Shown here: positions 21,336-35,646 of the stretch, piece after piece | Position numbering within the stretch: the first letter of the stretch is position 1 | Layout: every line of letters begins with the position of its first letter | Origin: Sphaeroforma arctica JP610 | Taxonomy: Eukaryota | Assembly (NCBI RefSeq): GCF_001186125.1 | Contig: NW_014040033.1 | Span: 1-43,673 of the forward strand | Direction: 5' to 3' | Length of the DNA stretch: 43,673 nucleotides | Notes under the pieces: generated by a model | Seen by the model: the letters and a program-made list of their open reading frames with translations, nothing else | What the model was told of the DNA's origin: nothing | Databases searched by the model: none | Made by a program: the position numbers and the translations under genes

Positions 21336-21760
21336 AATGCAATGCCCGAGCCTTAAAATGCTCTGTTCCCACAGAACAAATCAGAACAAGTGCTAGAGAC
21401 CATGGAAGCAACGCTTATCAGCATTGTAGCAGACAGACTGAAGTCAAATACGCCTGCTCCCACAGATGCATGGACACACAACGAAGGTAACGACGGTGAT
21501 ATTGTCAATCATCGAGACGATATGTTTGTACGGAACTATATAAGGCAAGTATGAGAGAATCGATATGAACGTCAACCAAAAGTAACGCAGCAACTGGATT
21601 CGCACTGTTGCATGTAGGGACATGACTAAATTTTGATGGCGCTGACGACTGTGAAACCGAGTTGGTGTGTATGCACTCCAAATTAAGCTTATCATGAAGT
21701 AATTTAACCACCATGCGATCTCACATGTGGACACTACACATAACTGCCATCAAGTTTTTA

Positions 21761-21836
21761 TCAGACTGCATTCAGTCGCGCAGCAAAACTTTTGCAATCG
21801 GACTGCATTCAGTCGAGCAGCTAAACTTTTGAAATC
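21761..21836 (+). repeat. 37-bp tandem duplication with internal GACTG/CAGTC inverted repeat
   Basis: tc(a/g)gactgcattcagtcg(c/a)gcagc(a/t)aaacttttg(c/a)aa at 21761 and 21798. Confidence 0.85.
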
Positions 21837-22918
21837 TTATAATTACCTTTGCACCACAACAGTATCCACGTACATGGATCTGAGCACACTTTGAGCGACG
21901 ATATTAAATTAGATATATGCATGGATCCAGTACCTTATGCATTCCTTCTCTCGTTTCTGATACCGTGATATATAACAACAAAATTTCAACCAGATAGAGC
22001 AATACACAATTGTCATTTTTACACAGAACGGCGACTGCTGTCTTATTGAACCCACTAAGCATCTTACTACGTTAATTTTTATATGAGACTCTTGAGACCA
22101 TAATATTTCATACCATCGTAAATATGTAGGGAAAAGCTCTTTAAAATCGATCAATTGATAAGTGATGTCACAAACATTATTTCGCAACTATCACAACTTC
22201 ATATCTTAATCTGCCCGGCGTGGTGATTTATAGTTGATCACAGTCTTACATCCCGGTCCGCGATGGCATTCAGTCGTCCTTTATTAAACAGCTACATTCT
22301 CCAGTTTACAGGCTGGAGTTTTATGCACGACTTTTAAAAATTTCATGTATGAAAATCAGTATGTATTGAGATATCTTCAAGAAATACAGGGTCTTCATGT
22401 CAGAATAATAGATTCCAAGGTAACACGGGTCTGTTTCAATTTATTCCCCCTACTTACATAATGCGACGGCAGCTGGGTTATTTGGGAAGTCCCGGACTTG
22501 TGTCGCCCTAAAGGTGCAAACGACCCACTTCAACATATTGAGCTATGTTCGTAGTCATTTGTAATAAAATAGACATCTTGGACGTGGATAGTGAATATAC
22601 CTTTCGTAAAGAATGGAACATTAAGACTTCTCTTCGTAATCTGATGCTAGCAGCTAGACCCTCAATCTTCATATTCAGCTGTGCGCCAGTTCATATATTT
22701 GAATTTTACATTCTTTCAATCTTTGGTCCCCGCGAAATCACAGCCAATCAAACCTTGATGACATTCCCATGGAGTCGCACAATTTACGCATCGAACATAT
22801 CGAAATAAACTCGAAACAGTTCGAAAAAAGTCTTATACGGCATTACAACAACCTCAAATTTATTTCCTGATATTGTAGCCGAACAACAACGAACGGCATT
22901 ATTACTAGATTACTATAA

Positions 22919-25900
22919 TTATCTCTCCATCATCTCCATCTCGCTCAAGGGTATCGCGGAATCTCTACTTTTTGAATTGACCAATTCACGTCGAATATCT
23001 TCAGTCATTTCCGGGTGAGGATGTTTCTTTATCACTTGCATGAGAGCATCCTTCTGCTCGGATGAAATATCTTCTTTGTATCTGTATGGATTATGTGCAA
23101 GAAGAGGAGAACAGGCAGAGCAATGATGAGCATAAAAATATATATACACAAATGTATGTTATGAGAACGGTATCAGGATTCCTGAACATCATGCATGTTC
23201 ACAAATTCATGGCGTGCATCGCAATACATCAAATATAAGGACACACGATTATCTATACGTGGTCATCTCTAAATATCTGTGCTTTATAACCTGTGTACAA
23301 TCTTACAAACATAGCAAACAGATGTATACACATAAATTGCCGGATGTGCACCTGGTAACTACAAGAGTCGCGTTCACGCTGATGTACGAAGTGGTTTCTC
23401 GTAAAGAATTTCAAAATGCAGCTTCGCACAAAACGGACAGAAGCGTTGTGACGTGTCGTTAAAAAAAAGGCACATCGCCGTTAAGATCTCAACCAAGTCA
23501 TACTTACCTTTGTACAAAGGCCAAGAATGACTGGTGCCAGAGCACGGGATACATTCGGTTGTCATTTTGAGCACGTACGAAGTGGAAGACCATGGCGTCG
23601 ACCACTCGGTAGGGGAGGGCATATTTCTTATCTAACAACACACGTATGAATATACTTGTGCTACCCGTATATTCCATTTCCGCCAGCTTCAAAAGTGCGG
23701 CAGCGGAGTGCAGCATGGGCACACTCGTCTTCGACAGTACCGAACCGAAAATAACAGCTTCGCGCAAGGTACAGTCTCCGGTTTCAGCGAGAGGGAGAAG
23801 AATCCCCTTGAAGAATACTTGCGGTTTGAAGAGGGCTTTTTTAAGGGCATTGTACAAGTGTACATTGAGCCGTTTATACTCTTCGATATCGTCTCTGCAT
23901 CTCGGTAGAAGTACCAGATTGAAGAATCGCTGGGCTGCTTTGGGGTTTAAATTGGAGATAAACATACGCGTCGCCTGGTACATGGAGGCGGCAGTCCAAT
24001 TGTCGGGGTCGGTCATAAATAGGATTTCTTCCCAATTCTGCAGAGAAGGGATGATTTTAAAGGCTTTTGGGAGCTTTCCGGAACGGTATCGGGATAAGAG
24101 CACTCCGACAGTCTTATATACTTCCTCTACTTTGGGATCCATAGTGGTCAGCTGGCCCACAGTGCGTTCTGTTTGTGATCGAGTTGAAGTATTAGGGTTG
24201 ATTAGTGATGGACAATGGGAAAGGATAAAAGAAAGAAAGTAGGTTATTGGCCCACATTAAGTAGATATCAACGCTGGTCCAGGATCGTTACGAATAGTTT
24301 CCAAATCGAATATTCTCAATACGTTTCCCATCCTTGTATGACGGCAACTCCATACAGACAAACGTAAACCGATAAAGACACATTCATGATAGAGATATAT
24401 ATGCGCCAACCTACTATTGGTTGTGCGTAAAGGCGAGACAAGAATCTAAATGCGATCGACCTTGATAGCAAATAGCAATCCATTAGATGTCGAAAACAGG
24501 CATCTATGAAAAAAAATTTGACAAAGCGTATGCTATTTCGAGGGCGTATTGAAGAATTTTGTAAACATCCCAGGACCCAATAAACGTTTTATACAGATTA
24601 TATCTCCGTCTTAGAAAATATCGTACACCTGCAGCCTGCATACATGCAAACAAGCAGCATGGATCGAATCAGTCCGCATCGAAACATAAAACACGTATAT
24701 TTTCTAGTTGACTACCGATTCTGGTAGTCGAGACATATATATATATATTAACAAATACGGATGCGTTTGTAAAACTGTATACATATTTTCTGTAGATAGA
24801 TAACATGAAGGCAAGTAAATACAGGATGTTGCTGAATACATGTGTACTCCTAATCACACATATGCTAACATATATTCAAACAGGGGTTAAGACACCGCGG
24901 TGTCTAGAACTACACGTGTAGACATAACCAATCAAATGTGTTCCCTCGAAATCAAATGTGCCATATTGATGTTAAAAGTGCCTTTTTAAACACTAACACA
25001 ACCACGTACCAAAAAAAACAAAAAACACACATATATATATAGTTGATACCTATATTTATATATATACTCCCATGCAGATGCATTTGTATATAGATCATAC
25101 CCATTTATATAGATACATAACTATGTGCATGTAACCCAAATGTGTTCATATTTAAACGCAAATACATATAGCTGGGAAGATATGGACACAACTCCATTAA
25201 AAAATATATATATACGTGTATCAATTCCGATATATATATATGCGTGTATATGTGGATATTGTCACGGCGTGTACAGTGTGTATGTTTTGTTAATATTGTA
25301 TGAGCATATATGCATAAATACGAAACGTGTATATGAATATACTACTTATGTGTATACACATAAACACAAATACATATAAATGAGCATTTATTCCATATAC
25401 ATACATATATATATATATACAAGTATATACATATACGAAAACACATACAAATACTCATACACACAACACAAATGCACATACACACAAACAGGCACATAAT
25501 ATATATATATATACATATATACATGTACATATATATATATCAATCAATTTTCGAGTATAGATGCGGTCAAAATATATATGATTAAGTTTGGAATACCTAC
25601 ATACATATGCCCATATTAATACATACAAATACAGATACAATATATATATATATATATACATATATGCGCGCACACACACACACACAAACGTACGATTCAC
25701 GGACATAAATATATTATATTATATTGTATATATATATACATATAGACGTAACTAAGTATATATTTATGCATAAACACTATAACTTATCATAGGTATGCAA
25801 ACACCAGCCATTGCAATAAAATAATACAATATCATACTAACACGCAGTGTCAGGACATACTCCACGAAACCGTTTGAACTGCAGTCCTTCTTTATCATAC

Positions 25901-26480
25901 AGAAAGACACCTAATACCTGACCGTTTGAGTTTTGTATCTCCCTCTATCTGATCTCAAAATAAAACCTAACTAATACAGTACTAACACATATCACATACC
26001 CGACATAACCGTTTGAATCTCAGTCTCCCTCTCCCTGATTTTGCCCATAATAGCATCCGCCAGTGTGAACCGTTTCGTTGGCTCTTTGGACATAAACTGT
26101 TTTAGAGCCCACTCATCATCTTCGTGCACATCGTAGTCATTTGCAAACTTATCATCGTCATCGTAGTCCTCATTTGCCTCTGTATCCGAATAATCATCTC
26201 CATTTTCACCCGTCAGTCCAGACGTAAGTAGTGATGATTTGGGCATTTTCTCGGCATCCCCCTGCATTTCACGCATAACTTCAGCCTGTTGTTCGCGTGC
26301 AGTGGCGATAATTTTGCGCGAAGTCTTAGCATCCATGAACTCCTCGGTTTCTTGTCTTTTACGATCCTTCGGCACCTTCCATGGCTTCGAGACAACCTGT
26401 TCATCTGTTGTGATTTGCGTCATCAAAGGCTTGTGCCTGTTGGCCTTGGAATTTTTCTTAACGGAGCTTTGATCCTTCAT
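22919..26480 (-). CDS. BYSL: Bystin (40S biogenesis factor, Enp1 homologue), 3 exons: 26480-26000, 24168-23508, 23081-22919; 434 aa
   Basis: Hallmark sequence [72 protein letters not shown] junctions keep frame (phases 1 and 2); spliced length 1305 nt. Confidence 0.96.
25030..25760. repeat. (TA)n/(CA)n low-complexity microsatellite region in bystin intron 1
   Basis: Long imperfect alternating purine-pyrimidine runs. Confidence 0.9.
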
Positions 26481-28065
26481 GTTGATTTAGTATATTGCCA
26501 GAATGTATCGTTTCAACTATTTACTACTATGTGCGTACGCTACTGTATCATCAATTGTGAAGTGCACTTGTGAAGGGGGCACTATATGTCAACTGATATT
26601 TGAATTTTGTTAGGAATTATAAAAGCCAAAAATCGTCCACGTGCCAAATATATTATTACACAATTTCTTCATCAACGATCAAATCAAGTATTTAAGAAAA
26701 TGAAATAGCCGCCTCAACCCTCCTGCCTGGCCCTGAAGTCGGCTGGAGATTGAACTTTGAAGAAGGCTAATAAATGAAACAAAAAACCTTTTTTCTAAAG
26801 GCCCCCCATTCCCCCCTCAAAAACACAAAACCTTCCTTTATTAAATACATTAATACATAGCATCATGTACATTTGACGAGGTGCAATTTAGTAACGACTA
26901 TAAACACACTGCTGTCTACTATTTATTAAGTACCGTTGTCACTCCAATAAGTGACAAATCTAATCGCAGCACAGAGATAGTTCAATCTCATACCCTGATG
27001 CTAATGAAACACACTATTACCTTTTGAAGCCTAGATTTACACTGCCACTTGAAACTTTAACTATTTATAAGAATAAGATATAATCGTATTTGTGATAGTG
27101 TTTCGTGACAGAGTGTACTGTCGTTATTGTCGCATATCATCAATGAGTCCAGTTATCGATTCATTGGGATGAGCTTCGCTAGCTGTGTCGTCAAGCGTAT
27201 AATAGGTAGTATCATGACACATATCATGGGAATAGGTAAAATGAAATAATTGAATCTATTTGCTCACTTCCCTACTATATTTCCCTTTGTAATTCTATTT
27301 AATATTAACCAACACGTACAATACTATAGGCATTCTAGGCATCGAAATTTATATCAAATACACAGGCAAGTATGTACCCGTTTTTCAATACATATTGATA
27401 ATATAATTGCATCAGGGCGATTCGAAATATGTGTCCTTGAAGATACCTGATTAGTTCGTGATCTTCGGCCGGTATATTCGGCCAGTATATTATAATACTT
27501 TATTAATCACTCGATAATTGTACAAATGGATGGCATCACCATACAATATATACACATGTATTAAAAGTAAAAGCATGAAGCAGAAATTTTTTATTATATC
27601 CAGAAATAAGGATAGAAAGCAGTAATCACGCCAATATATACTATAAATATAATTTTTAGACCCACGAGGCAGAAGTAAAGCTCACAAACTAATTCGTGAT
27701 GGTGTATAGGGTGTGTTATTATTGAACGGCTTCCCCGAGTTTTTCAACAGAATTTTGGATATTCCTATGCAATTTGAAAGCAATTAATTCGAGACTGCTA
27801 GCATGTAAACACGGCAAATGTGGGACTCATTTTATCGCTGATGATGCATTTGAAAGTGCAATCTGAAGGATAGAGTTGTAGCATACATGTATAGGATGAC
27901 GAAGGTAACATAGAAGATAAATAGTAAAGGCACAAAAACACTGAACATAAATGTGATCTCAATACGACTGCGTCTGTCATATTGACATTGACCTAAACGC
28001 TGTTTGATCTATATAAATCACGATTTATTTTTGAAATCATATGGATACACTCGCGGTGCGTGAAA

Positions 28066-28848
28066 TTATTTATCAGTTTGGATAGGTGCGCAGAAGTCTT
28101 CATCTTGTGACTTCTGGAGATTGAAAGCCTCAGAATTAGGCTTGTAACCGCGCTCCTCAAAGATGGCCACGGCCTCTGCATAGGCCTCCTCCGACATTGT
28201 GGCCGACCGAGACAGAATCCACCCGATAGCATTACAAACGGAGCCCACCACAGTATATTGAGCGTCATCATTGGCAGCATCGTTTCCTTGCGCAAGGATG
28301 AGATAATTTTCACCTAGACTAGGTGCTCCCAGGTTGTCATCGCCAAAGGACACTGTAAACGCCCCTTTTTCTGGGTCTTCGGCAGTAGCAGCGCCGATTA
28401 TTTCGTAGGGCTCGCCATCTCGTATACAGGTGTTCTTCACTTGTACAGTGCCGTTGTCGAACAGTTCATAATTCGCCGTGGTACACTTGCAACCTTGCTC
28501 AAATGTATTCCTCACTAAGTCATTCGTAGCAATCTCGTACCATGTACCCATATAGCCGTCGATATCAAACGGATCCACAACCTCCTGCTCAATAACACAG
28601 GCCGCAAAGTCGATTCCTGCTGGGGCTCCTGCACCGACCCCATTCGCAGCCCCATTGAAATTTTCAGGCACACCAGGCAATCCATCTATTGAAACACCAC
28701 TAGGAGGTCTGCCACTGCCTACGCTGTCATCCTCGAGATCTACTACAAATACATCAGAAGGGGTGGCGGGTGAGGGCTGGGCATGTGGTGTTTGTGCGAT
28801 CGCTAATACCAGACTGGCTACTAGGGATAGAAATTTGCTGGACAACAT
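28066..28848 (-). CDS. Secreted lipocalin (apolipoprotein D / Blc-like), intronless, 260 aa
   Basis: Signal peptide and Pro/Gly spacer, then PFDIDGYMGTWYEIA (GxW motif), CTTANY, V.V.NTC, YTVVGS and WILSR. Confidence 0.9.
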   Translation of the reverse strand: MLSSKFLSLVASLVLAIAQTPHAQPSPATPSDVFVVDLEDDSVGSGRPPSGVSIDGLPGVPENFNGAANGVGAGAPAGIDFAACVIEQEVVDPFDIDGYMGTWYEIATNDLVRNTFEQGCKCTTANYELFDNGTVQVKNTCIRDGEPYEIIGAATAEDPEKGAFTVSFGDDNLGAPSLGENYLILAQGNDAANDDAQYTVVGSVCNAIGWILSRSATMSEEAYAEAVAIFEERGYKPNSEAFNLQKSQDEDFCAPIQTDK

Positions 28849-31276
28849 GTTTATGTATGTTGTTAATTCGATGTATGAATGATATGAGGGTACACGAACG
28901 TCTTCCTACCTTTTATATAATCACAAGTCGCGGCTCGCAATTCGCATCGGTTGCGATTTCGATTTGCGAAGGAATTTTAAACACCCATGATCCAGCCCTG
29001 AACATTCCTCGGTGGAGCAGCTCTAGCTCTCGCAGGTTGTGTGTGACAAAGCAGTAGTTACAAAATCAAAAGCACAAAAGAATGTCATGATGGACTCTTG
29101 GGCTCTTCAACGCTCTTTGGCCTCGCCCGAGGCCCATATCAAGTTTAATATCTGAGTTTAATAATTAATATGGGGTCTCTCTCTTCTCTCTTGTGTGTGT
29201 GGTGGGCTGGTCGGGCCCAGGTGGGTATTTGGGACTGGGAATTGGGCCCATTGGCCCCATTGCGGACTGTCGGAAATTAAATAGGACTCACAGTGTAGAC
29301 TAGAGACTCGAGAGAGAGACAGTGTAAATAGACTGGAGAGTGGAGGACTGGAGGCTCTGTCAGGCCTGTCCTGTTATCACCTGTTGGTAGACTGAGGAGG
29401 GCCTGCGGGACAATGTGAGTCCGTGACTCCGTGGGGCTGGGGCTACCCGAGTGCTGAACACTGAACACTTGGGGGCTGGGCCCGCTGGGGCTTTGGGCAC
29501 CGGGCACTGGGCATTGGGCAATTGATCTTAGATTCTTTTGGGGCTGTATTTTACTGGTTTAGCCATAGCCAATAGAAATTAGACAATTCCAATATAATTA
29601 TAAAAACAAAATTTGCTACATAAAACATCTATAAATAGTGCGTGATATGACTTTTTACTCTAAAAAAGTGTTCCATAGTATGACTCATCAGTCATCAGGA
29701 TCATCATTATTCTCGTTTTTATTAAAACAAAACACGTAAACCCACTAATAGTCACAAGAATAACTCTGGAGGTAGGTCATGGATTGCTATTTAAATTTCT
29801 TTGTGTTAAAAAGTATGTAATTTTTTAAAACGGGCGGCATTGTTCGGAGACTTTTTACCTTCCCTTATCGAATGTCTCGCACACTGACACTGCATCATCC
29901 TTGCTTATCGTTCAACAGACGCGCAGATAAATATATTCAGATCGTGCATGCTTGACGGATCATGAGCAAAAATAATTTGGCAACACACTAGTAGTGTGTC
30001 TGCGAGTGCCGGAGGGGGTTTTTCGTGATATTTTCATGTGTGTACTGAAATGCAGAGAGTTTGTTCACCCGTAAAGCCACGAAAGGCCGGATTGACCGCC
30101 AACCACGTCACTGCGACTGAAGTGCTGAATGCCTGCGTTGCATGCTGTCCTGTTCTCAAAATGACGATACAGTGCAGTATATCGTGAATCGATCTCACCA
30201 CACCGTGTGCAACGATTTCAAGACCCTCGTGCAATTCTTAGATCAACTCATTTCCCTGTTGCTAATCCTTTTTATTTCTTCTTCTTCCCGATAGTACCAT
30301 GTCAGCACTTGATTAATGCTAACTACACGACAAAGTGCTTGTAGGAATTAATACTTATGTAATCGAGACCTATAGTTTCATTTAGTATGATAGCTCAAGG
30401 TCCACGCTTTTTTTTAGGTATCAATTTACACATGCAAGTATTTTGTTAAGCCCAAGCCCCTATGTATGATACAGTTTGACAGGCAATGATTGTGCCAGCT
30501 TGGATATAAATACAAATCAATATCAAGAGACACAGAAAGTTGTCATGTCGGAAAGATGAAACGCGTTCCTTTGCAATTGCAGACTTCACTTCACTTCAAA
30601 CTACAAGCCGAATTCGCGTTGGCTTCAATGGCAATATTAAAGTCTCGTTTTTACATATCGTTATCTCAGAACCTCTCAATATATCGCTTTATACCGAGAT
30701 GCCAATAAAATTCACACCAGTCGTAGCTAGTCGACCATTGCAACATTCTCAAGACTTGAACTGTAACGACATCGGCAACGACAACTATGCCGATTCCAAC
30801 TTGATAAACTTTTAGTGCCAACAATTAGTCTCTGAAATGAATCTTTCAATTGTGTTGTAGCCTCGAGACTCCCTTTGAGACTTTATTTGTCGAATTAGTA
30901 GTCCTATATTTTATCCCATATCGTGATAAAACCTTCAAAATCCAATAGCAAATACTATACAGAAACCACTATACGTCTGTTGTAGACAAAATAAATAAAT
31001 TTAACTGGTCCAGGAAGTATTTTATTTTAATAATTTTCATACCCGGGCTAGTATATGTGTTAACCAAGATCCAATGTTTCATTGGGGATGTTGCACACGC
31101 GAGTAGTCCGCTTTAGTCACATCACGATACATGTTCATACGTTGAATTACCTGCAAGTAGTAGATTCAAAACACCCACGACTAACATTCACTACTACAAG
31201 GAATTTTTTATATACAATAGATTATAAGGTATTCTAGAACTTCGACTTAATCATAAATAACGTTTAAACAATCCAG

Positions 31277-32717
31277 TTAAGCTGCAGTGTCCACGCCGTA
31301 TTTCGCTTTCAACTTCTCCAGATCCTCGCTCTTTTTCTTAAGATCCGTTTTGGCGAATGCTTTGACCGTTTGGTAGTAAAGCACAACTATGTATCGTCCA
31401 CAGACGTTGAAACCCGAAAGATGATCGCACGCATTCTTGGCATCGAATATATCCTCGTACACCACGAATGCGGTTCCGCGAGTATCCTTGGCGTTTCCAC
31501 TGCAGAAGTAGGGGCAATCAAAATAGGCTACATGAGATAATTAGTGACATTTGCGACGATACAAATTAATTGTAAATTTGTTCATGAAGCATGTAGGCGT
31601 ATAGGGATGATGCTTCGAGCAATAGCTGCGATCAACACAGAATTACCTACGCGCGTGAAATACGGCAAAGGAGTATCACAACGCAGCTGAGCGTACAGCA
31701 TCCCGATAACCGAGACGTATAGAAACCCAAGAACGCGCAGGACTTCAGCTCAAGACCAGATAACACCTCGACCACAGAAAAATCAAAACTCGTGTGACTC
31801 ACAAAAACATTCAGTCACCGAGACGAGAGCAACATTTAAACTTACACTCGTATTTGTCGAATCGCTCCGTATTTACCGAATATATCGTACATTTCTTCGC
31901 TTGTGATTTTATATGGCAGATTGCGTACATATAACACGCGGTTCACCTCTGGCGGTAATCGGGCCTGCATATGATCAAGATGCGAAACAAGCAATTATAA
32001 TGAATGAATCAATTCAAGATGTAGCTAAATAATATGCTGATTTCACAATTTGATAAAATGCCTGCGTCAACTCTAGTATGCGGGTTGTGTAGTGGCCGTG
32101 CGGTCAGTACTTTGTTACACTTTAGCTTTGACACACATCTGAAGGGACTGTGGAGATGGGCATGCATTAAATTAACTTTTACGCATCCAAATCAAGGAGT
32201 ATGCGAAGAAAAAAAAGCGACACAAAGGCAGACTGTGATTGTTGTATCATAGCCTTTCTTACATTTGTTCAGGCACGCTGAGTGTGTATAGAAAATTCCT
32301 TTTGTGGATCTATAACCGCACACGCACATTTGCAAGTTTTCAATCAGTATCTCACAAATAACTCGCAGCATGCACCCAAAATTCCAACACTCGATACATG
32401 CGATACCATCCCGAATGGTGCACAGAAATATAAACATACGGGCATCAAAATTAAATAATAGACAGATGAAGCAAAATAATTTCAAGCCACAAACCACTAG
32501 ATATCCACAACTCGACTCAAAAGCATAAAGGAAGGCACAAAGCGAGAAGAGTCGATATACATTTACAATATATTAAATCGAATTTATACAGGCGAGTGGA
32601 ACATGATATATTAGGCACACATAAAGGTGCAAAGGGAAACGTACGTCTATGAATCAGGATGTACAGTTGTATAACTATTAAAAATATAGTATTTATGTAT
32701 ATTTCTATACATATAAG

Positions 32718-32759
<42 letters not shown>

Positions 32760-33507
32760 ACGTATACATAAACATATACACAATATACATATATACTAGT
32801 CAATCATATATATATATAACAGATACACATATATGAATATGCACATATACATATATATCTATACATATATAGATACATACTATATATATACATACATAAA
32901 AAGACACACGCACATACACGCACACACACACTTATATATATACTAATATGCATGTATGCACACGTACACACACGTGTACACACACACACACACATATATA
33001 TAAATATATGTATATATTTATACAGATATACATCCACACGCACATGCGCGCACACACACACACACGCACACACACACACATATATATAAATATATACATA
33101 TACATACACACACACATATATATATATATATATAGATACATGCTGTACTATACTTGCACGTACTTAAAATATAATTGTAAACATGTGTGTCCTAATATAT
33201 ATCGTGATATGCACATTTAAATACAAAGAAAGAATGGTGCTCAGAATATACAGATTATCTGTGAAATGAGAATGATGCAACCTGTTCCAAGAGGTGTAAG
33301 GATATATACGTATCAAATCATAGATGCACGCGTCCAGAATAGGCTGAGATACATCCGAGATTAATTGTTATAAAGAAGCACATATAAAAATACACCTATA
33401 AATATGAGCAGAGCAGAATATGGAATAGACAGACACTCCAGCAACAGCTATGATCGATTAACTACTGAGATATGTCAACTTACGTTTGCTCTCGTGTGTG
33501 CAGACAT
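31277..33507 (-). CDS. SF3B6: Splicing factor 3B subunit 6 (p14), 3 exons: 33507-33484, 31964-31846, 31499-31277; 121 aa
   Basis: Spliced product [90 protein letters not shown]..; GTAAGT donors, CAG acceptors, 366 nt. Confidence 0.96.
32690..33140. repeat. (TA)n/(CA)n microsatellite region in SF3B6 intron 1
   Basis: Long TA and CA runs. Confidence 0.9.
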
Positions 33508-34319
33508 TGTGCTGTGCTAAACTCGGTTGCTCGGCTCAAGATATGTAACTGTGTTGAGCTCCACTTAATTTTGGAGACCGCGTGCGGGTTATATTAACAC
33601 GATGATAACTTATTTTTTAGTAGACGACTATATTTCCGTCTGCGGTGTAGTATTTAAAATGAAACGAACAACAGAGTACAGAACACAAAGAGTCACAGTC
33701 ATAGATTAATATCCAGCAAAGAGAAGAATCCCAGAAGCCAGAGTGCCAGGCCGCCAGAGCTCGTCAGTCAAAAGTCATCTGCCTCTTTAGCCTCTTGGCC
33801 CTAATAGTGAGAAATTTATAAGCGTGCTCAATTTTCATACGTTTTCGTAACATCATTTTATTTTCGACAAGAAATACCGTAGCCTCGCTTTTCTTTAAGG
33901 GCTATGATTGTACGTTTTCGAAATATGTATTTAATTTGTTAAAATTACGGCCTGTGGCCTGGACCCTGGGGCCCTGGGGTTTATATTTTTTGGCGGGGAA
34001 TGCAAACAGATAAAAACACAGTGACAGTCTGACAGATTCCGAGTCTCCACTCTCAGAGTTATTGACATAAGTGCAGATTTACACACGATAGTAGTTTCAT
34101 ACTATTTATACCCTTTTGATATTCACGCTTATAGCCGACGACTATATATCAGACTCACACTTTACTACTTCCGTGGTATAACCACAAGCAAACATACTGA
34201 TTGGTACATGTACACTGAAAACCACCCTATACCGCCTCAACCACACGAGATTGTTCGACAGTCTGCTATTCACGGCCTGGATCGACTTCTACAGCTGGTT
34301 GTACAGGTAGCGTAGATGC

Positions 34320-35346
34320 GCTAAGTAGACCTGTTTCTAGATGCGTATCCTCATGTGTAATCATGGACATCATTTTGTATGTACATGAACAAGGTATTAT
34401 ATATATGACAGGTTGATAGCAAGTAGTTGAATTCAAGGAAAAACGACAGCTTAGTCGGAGCGAGTATGCTTGCTTTTACATAGGGTATGCCTGTATGGAT
34501 TTGTGCCTTGATAATTTTATATGAAAAATTTTGACAGCTAATGCTTGCATTGAAAGGACTGAAGAAACTGTACAATGAGATCAATAGTGTTTCTGGGTCG
34601 AGTACGCCTGTTGCTGGATTCATTTTCTTATGTGATTCATAACCCGGAACATTGCTTATCAGATATACATATACTGACAGCTAGCAGTTCCAAACTCGCC
34701 TCTGAGTGGAGTATACCGTGCACCGATAGTCGCAGTATCACTAGGAATACACGTATGCACATAAATATATATCCTTATATGAATAAAGAGTCATGAATTA
34801 GAGTCTATATACCACAGCGTGCGCGATGTATAGTCTTATGTATCCTGATATCCATATTCAGTTCGGGTGTGCATCTTCGAAGCATGTCGAGCATTCATCC
34901 GCATATAAGGATTGCAATTCTAATAGGATCATTTCTCAGGGAGAGTCTGAGGCTTTATTAGAGCATATTCTACACTCAGTCTTACAGGGGTACTAAGGCC
35001 GATATTATATCGCAGTCGCGTACTATTGTTGATGTGTTTGATTTCTTACTCCATATGGAATAATGGTTGGGGTTGAATTATTTTTCTTCTTATTTCGGGC
35101 TGTTCAAGTCTCTCAGTTGAGAGCTGATTTAACCCGAAGTAAGCCTATATTTCGATACGGGTAGGTAAGAAATACAGTAAAGAACTGTCACCGTGTTGCT
35201 AAGCAGACCTGTTTCTAGATGCATACCCTCATGTGTAATCATGGACATCATGTTGACTGTACATGACCAAGTTATTATATATACGGCACGTTGATAGCAA
35301 GCAGTTGACTTCAAGAGAATGATATAGGCAGCGTAGTCGGAGCGAG
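34320..35346 (+). repeat. Diverged ~145-bp direct repeat pair (34320-34464 and 35198-35346)
   Basis: Both copies read gctaag(t/c)agacctgtttctagatgc..cctcatgtgtaatcatggacatcat..gttgatagcaag(t/c)agttga..tagtcggagcgag. Confidence 0.85.
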
Positions 35347-35646
35347 CAGGTATCAAATACAATTGTCACCATGTTTTTATCAGAATTGATATTTAAGTAT
35401 AAGATGTCTCCCGTGAAGCACATATAGTGGTAGAGCTGAATACGGAGCGATGGGGCGGGGGGGAGGGGGGGGTGGGGGTGGGAACGGCAAAGGGGCGTTT
35501 AGTAGATTTCACCGATCATTTCACCCGTGATCGGTGCTTTAGTGGTACTTGATTGATTGTGTGCTATCGATAGCATTAGGGCACACAGAGCCAGCCATGA
35601 CGTTCACACGACTGTTGCCATGTCACCTGATGGTGCTACTGTACAG

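Noticed and set aside
25125..33220. Tyr/Ile/Cys/Val/His/Thr-rich ORFs at 25125-25706 and 32517-33220
   Set aside because: Translations of intronic TA/CA microsatellites.
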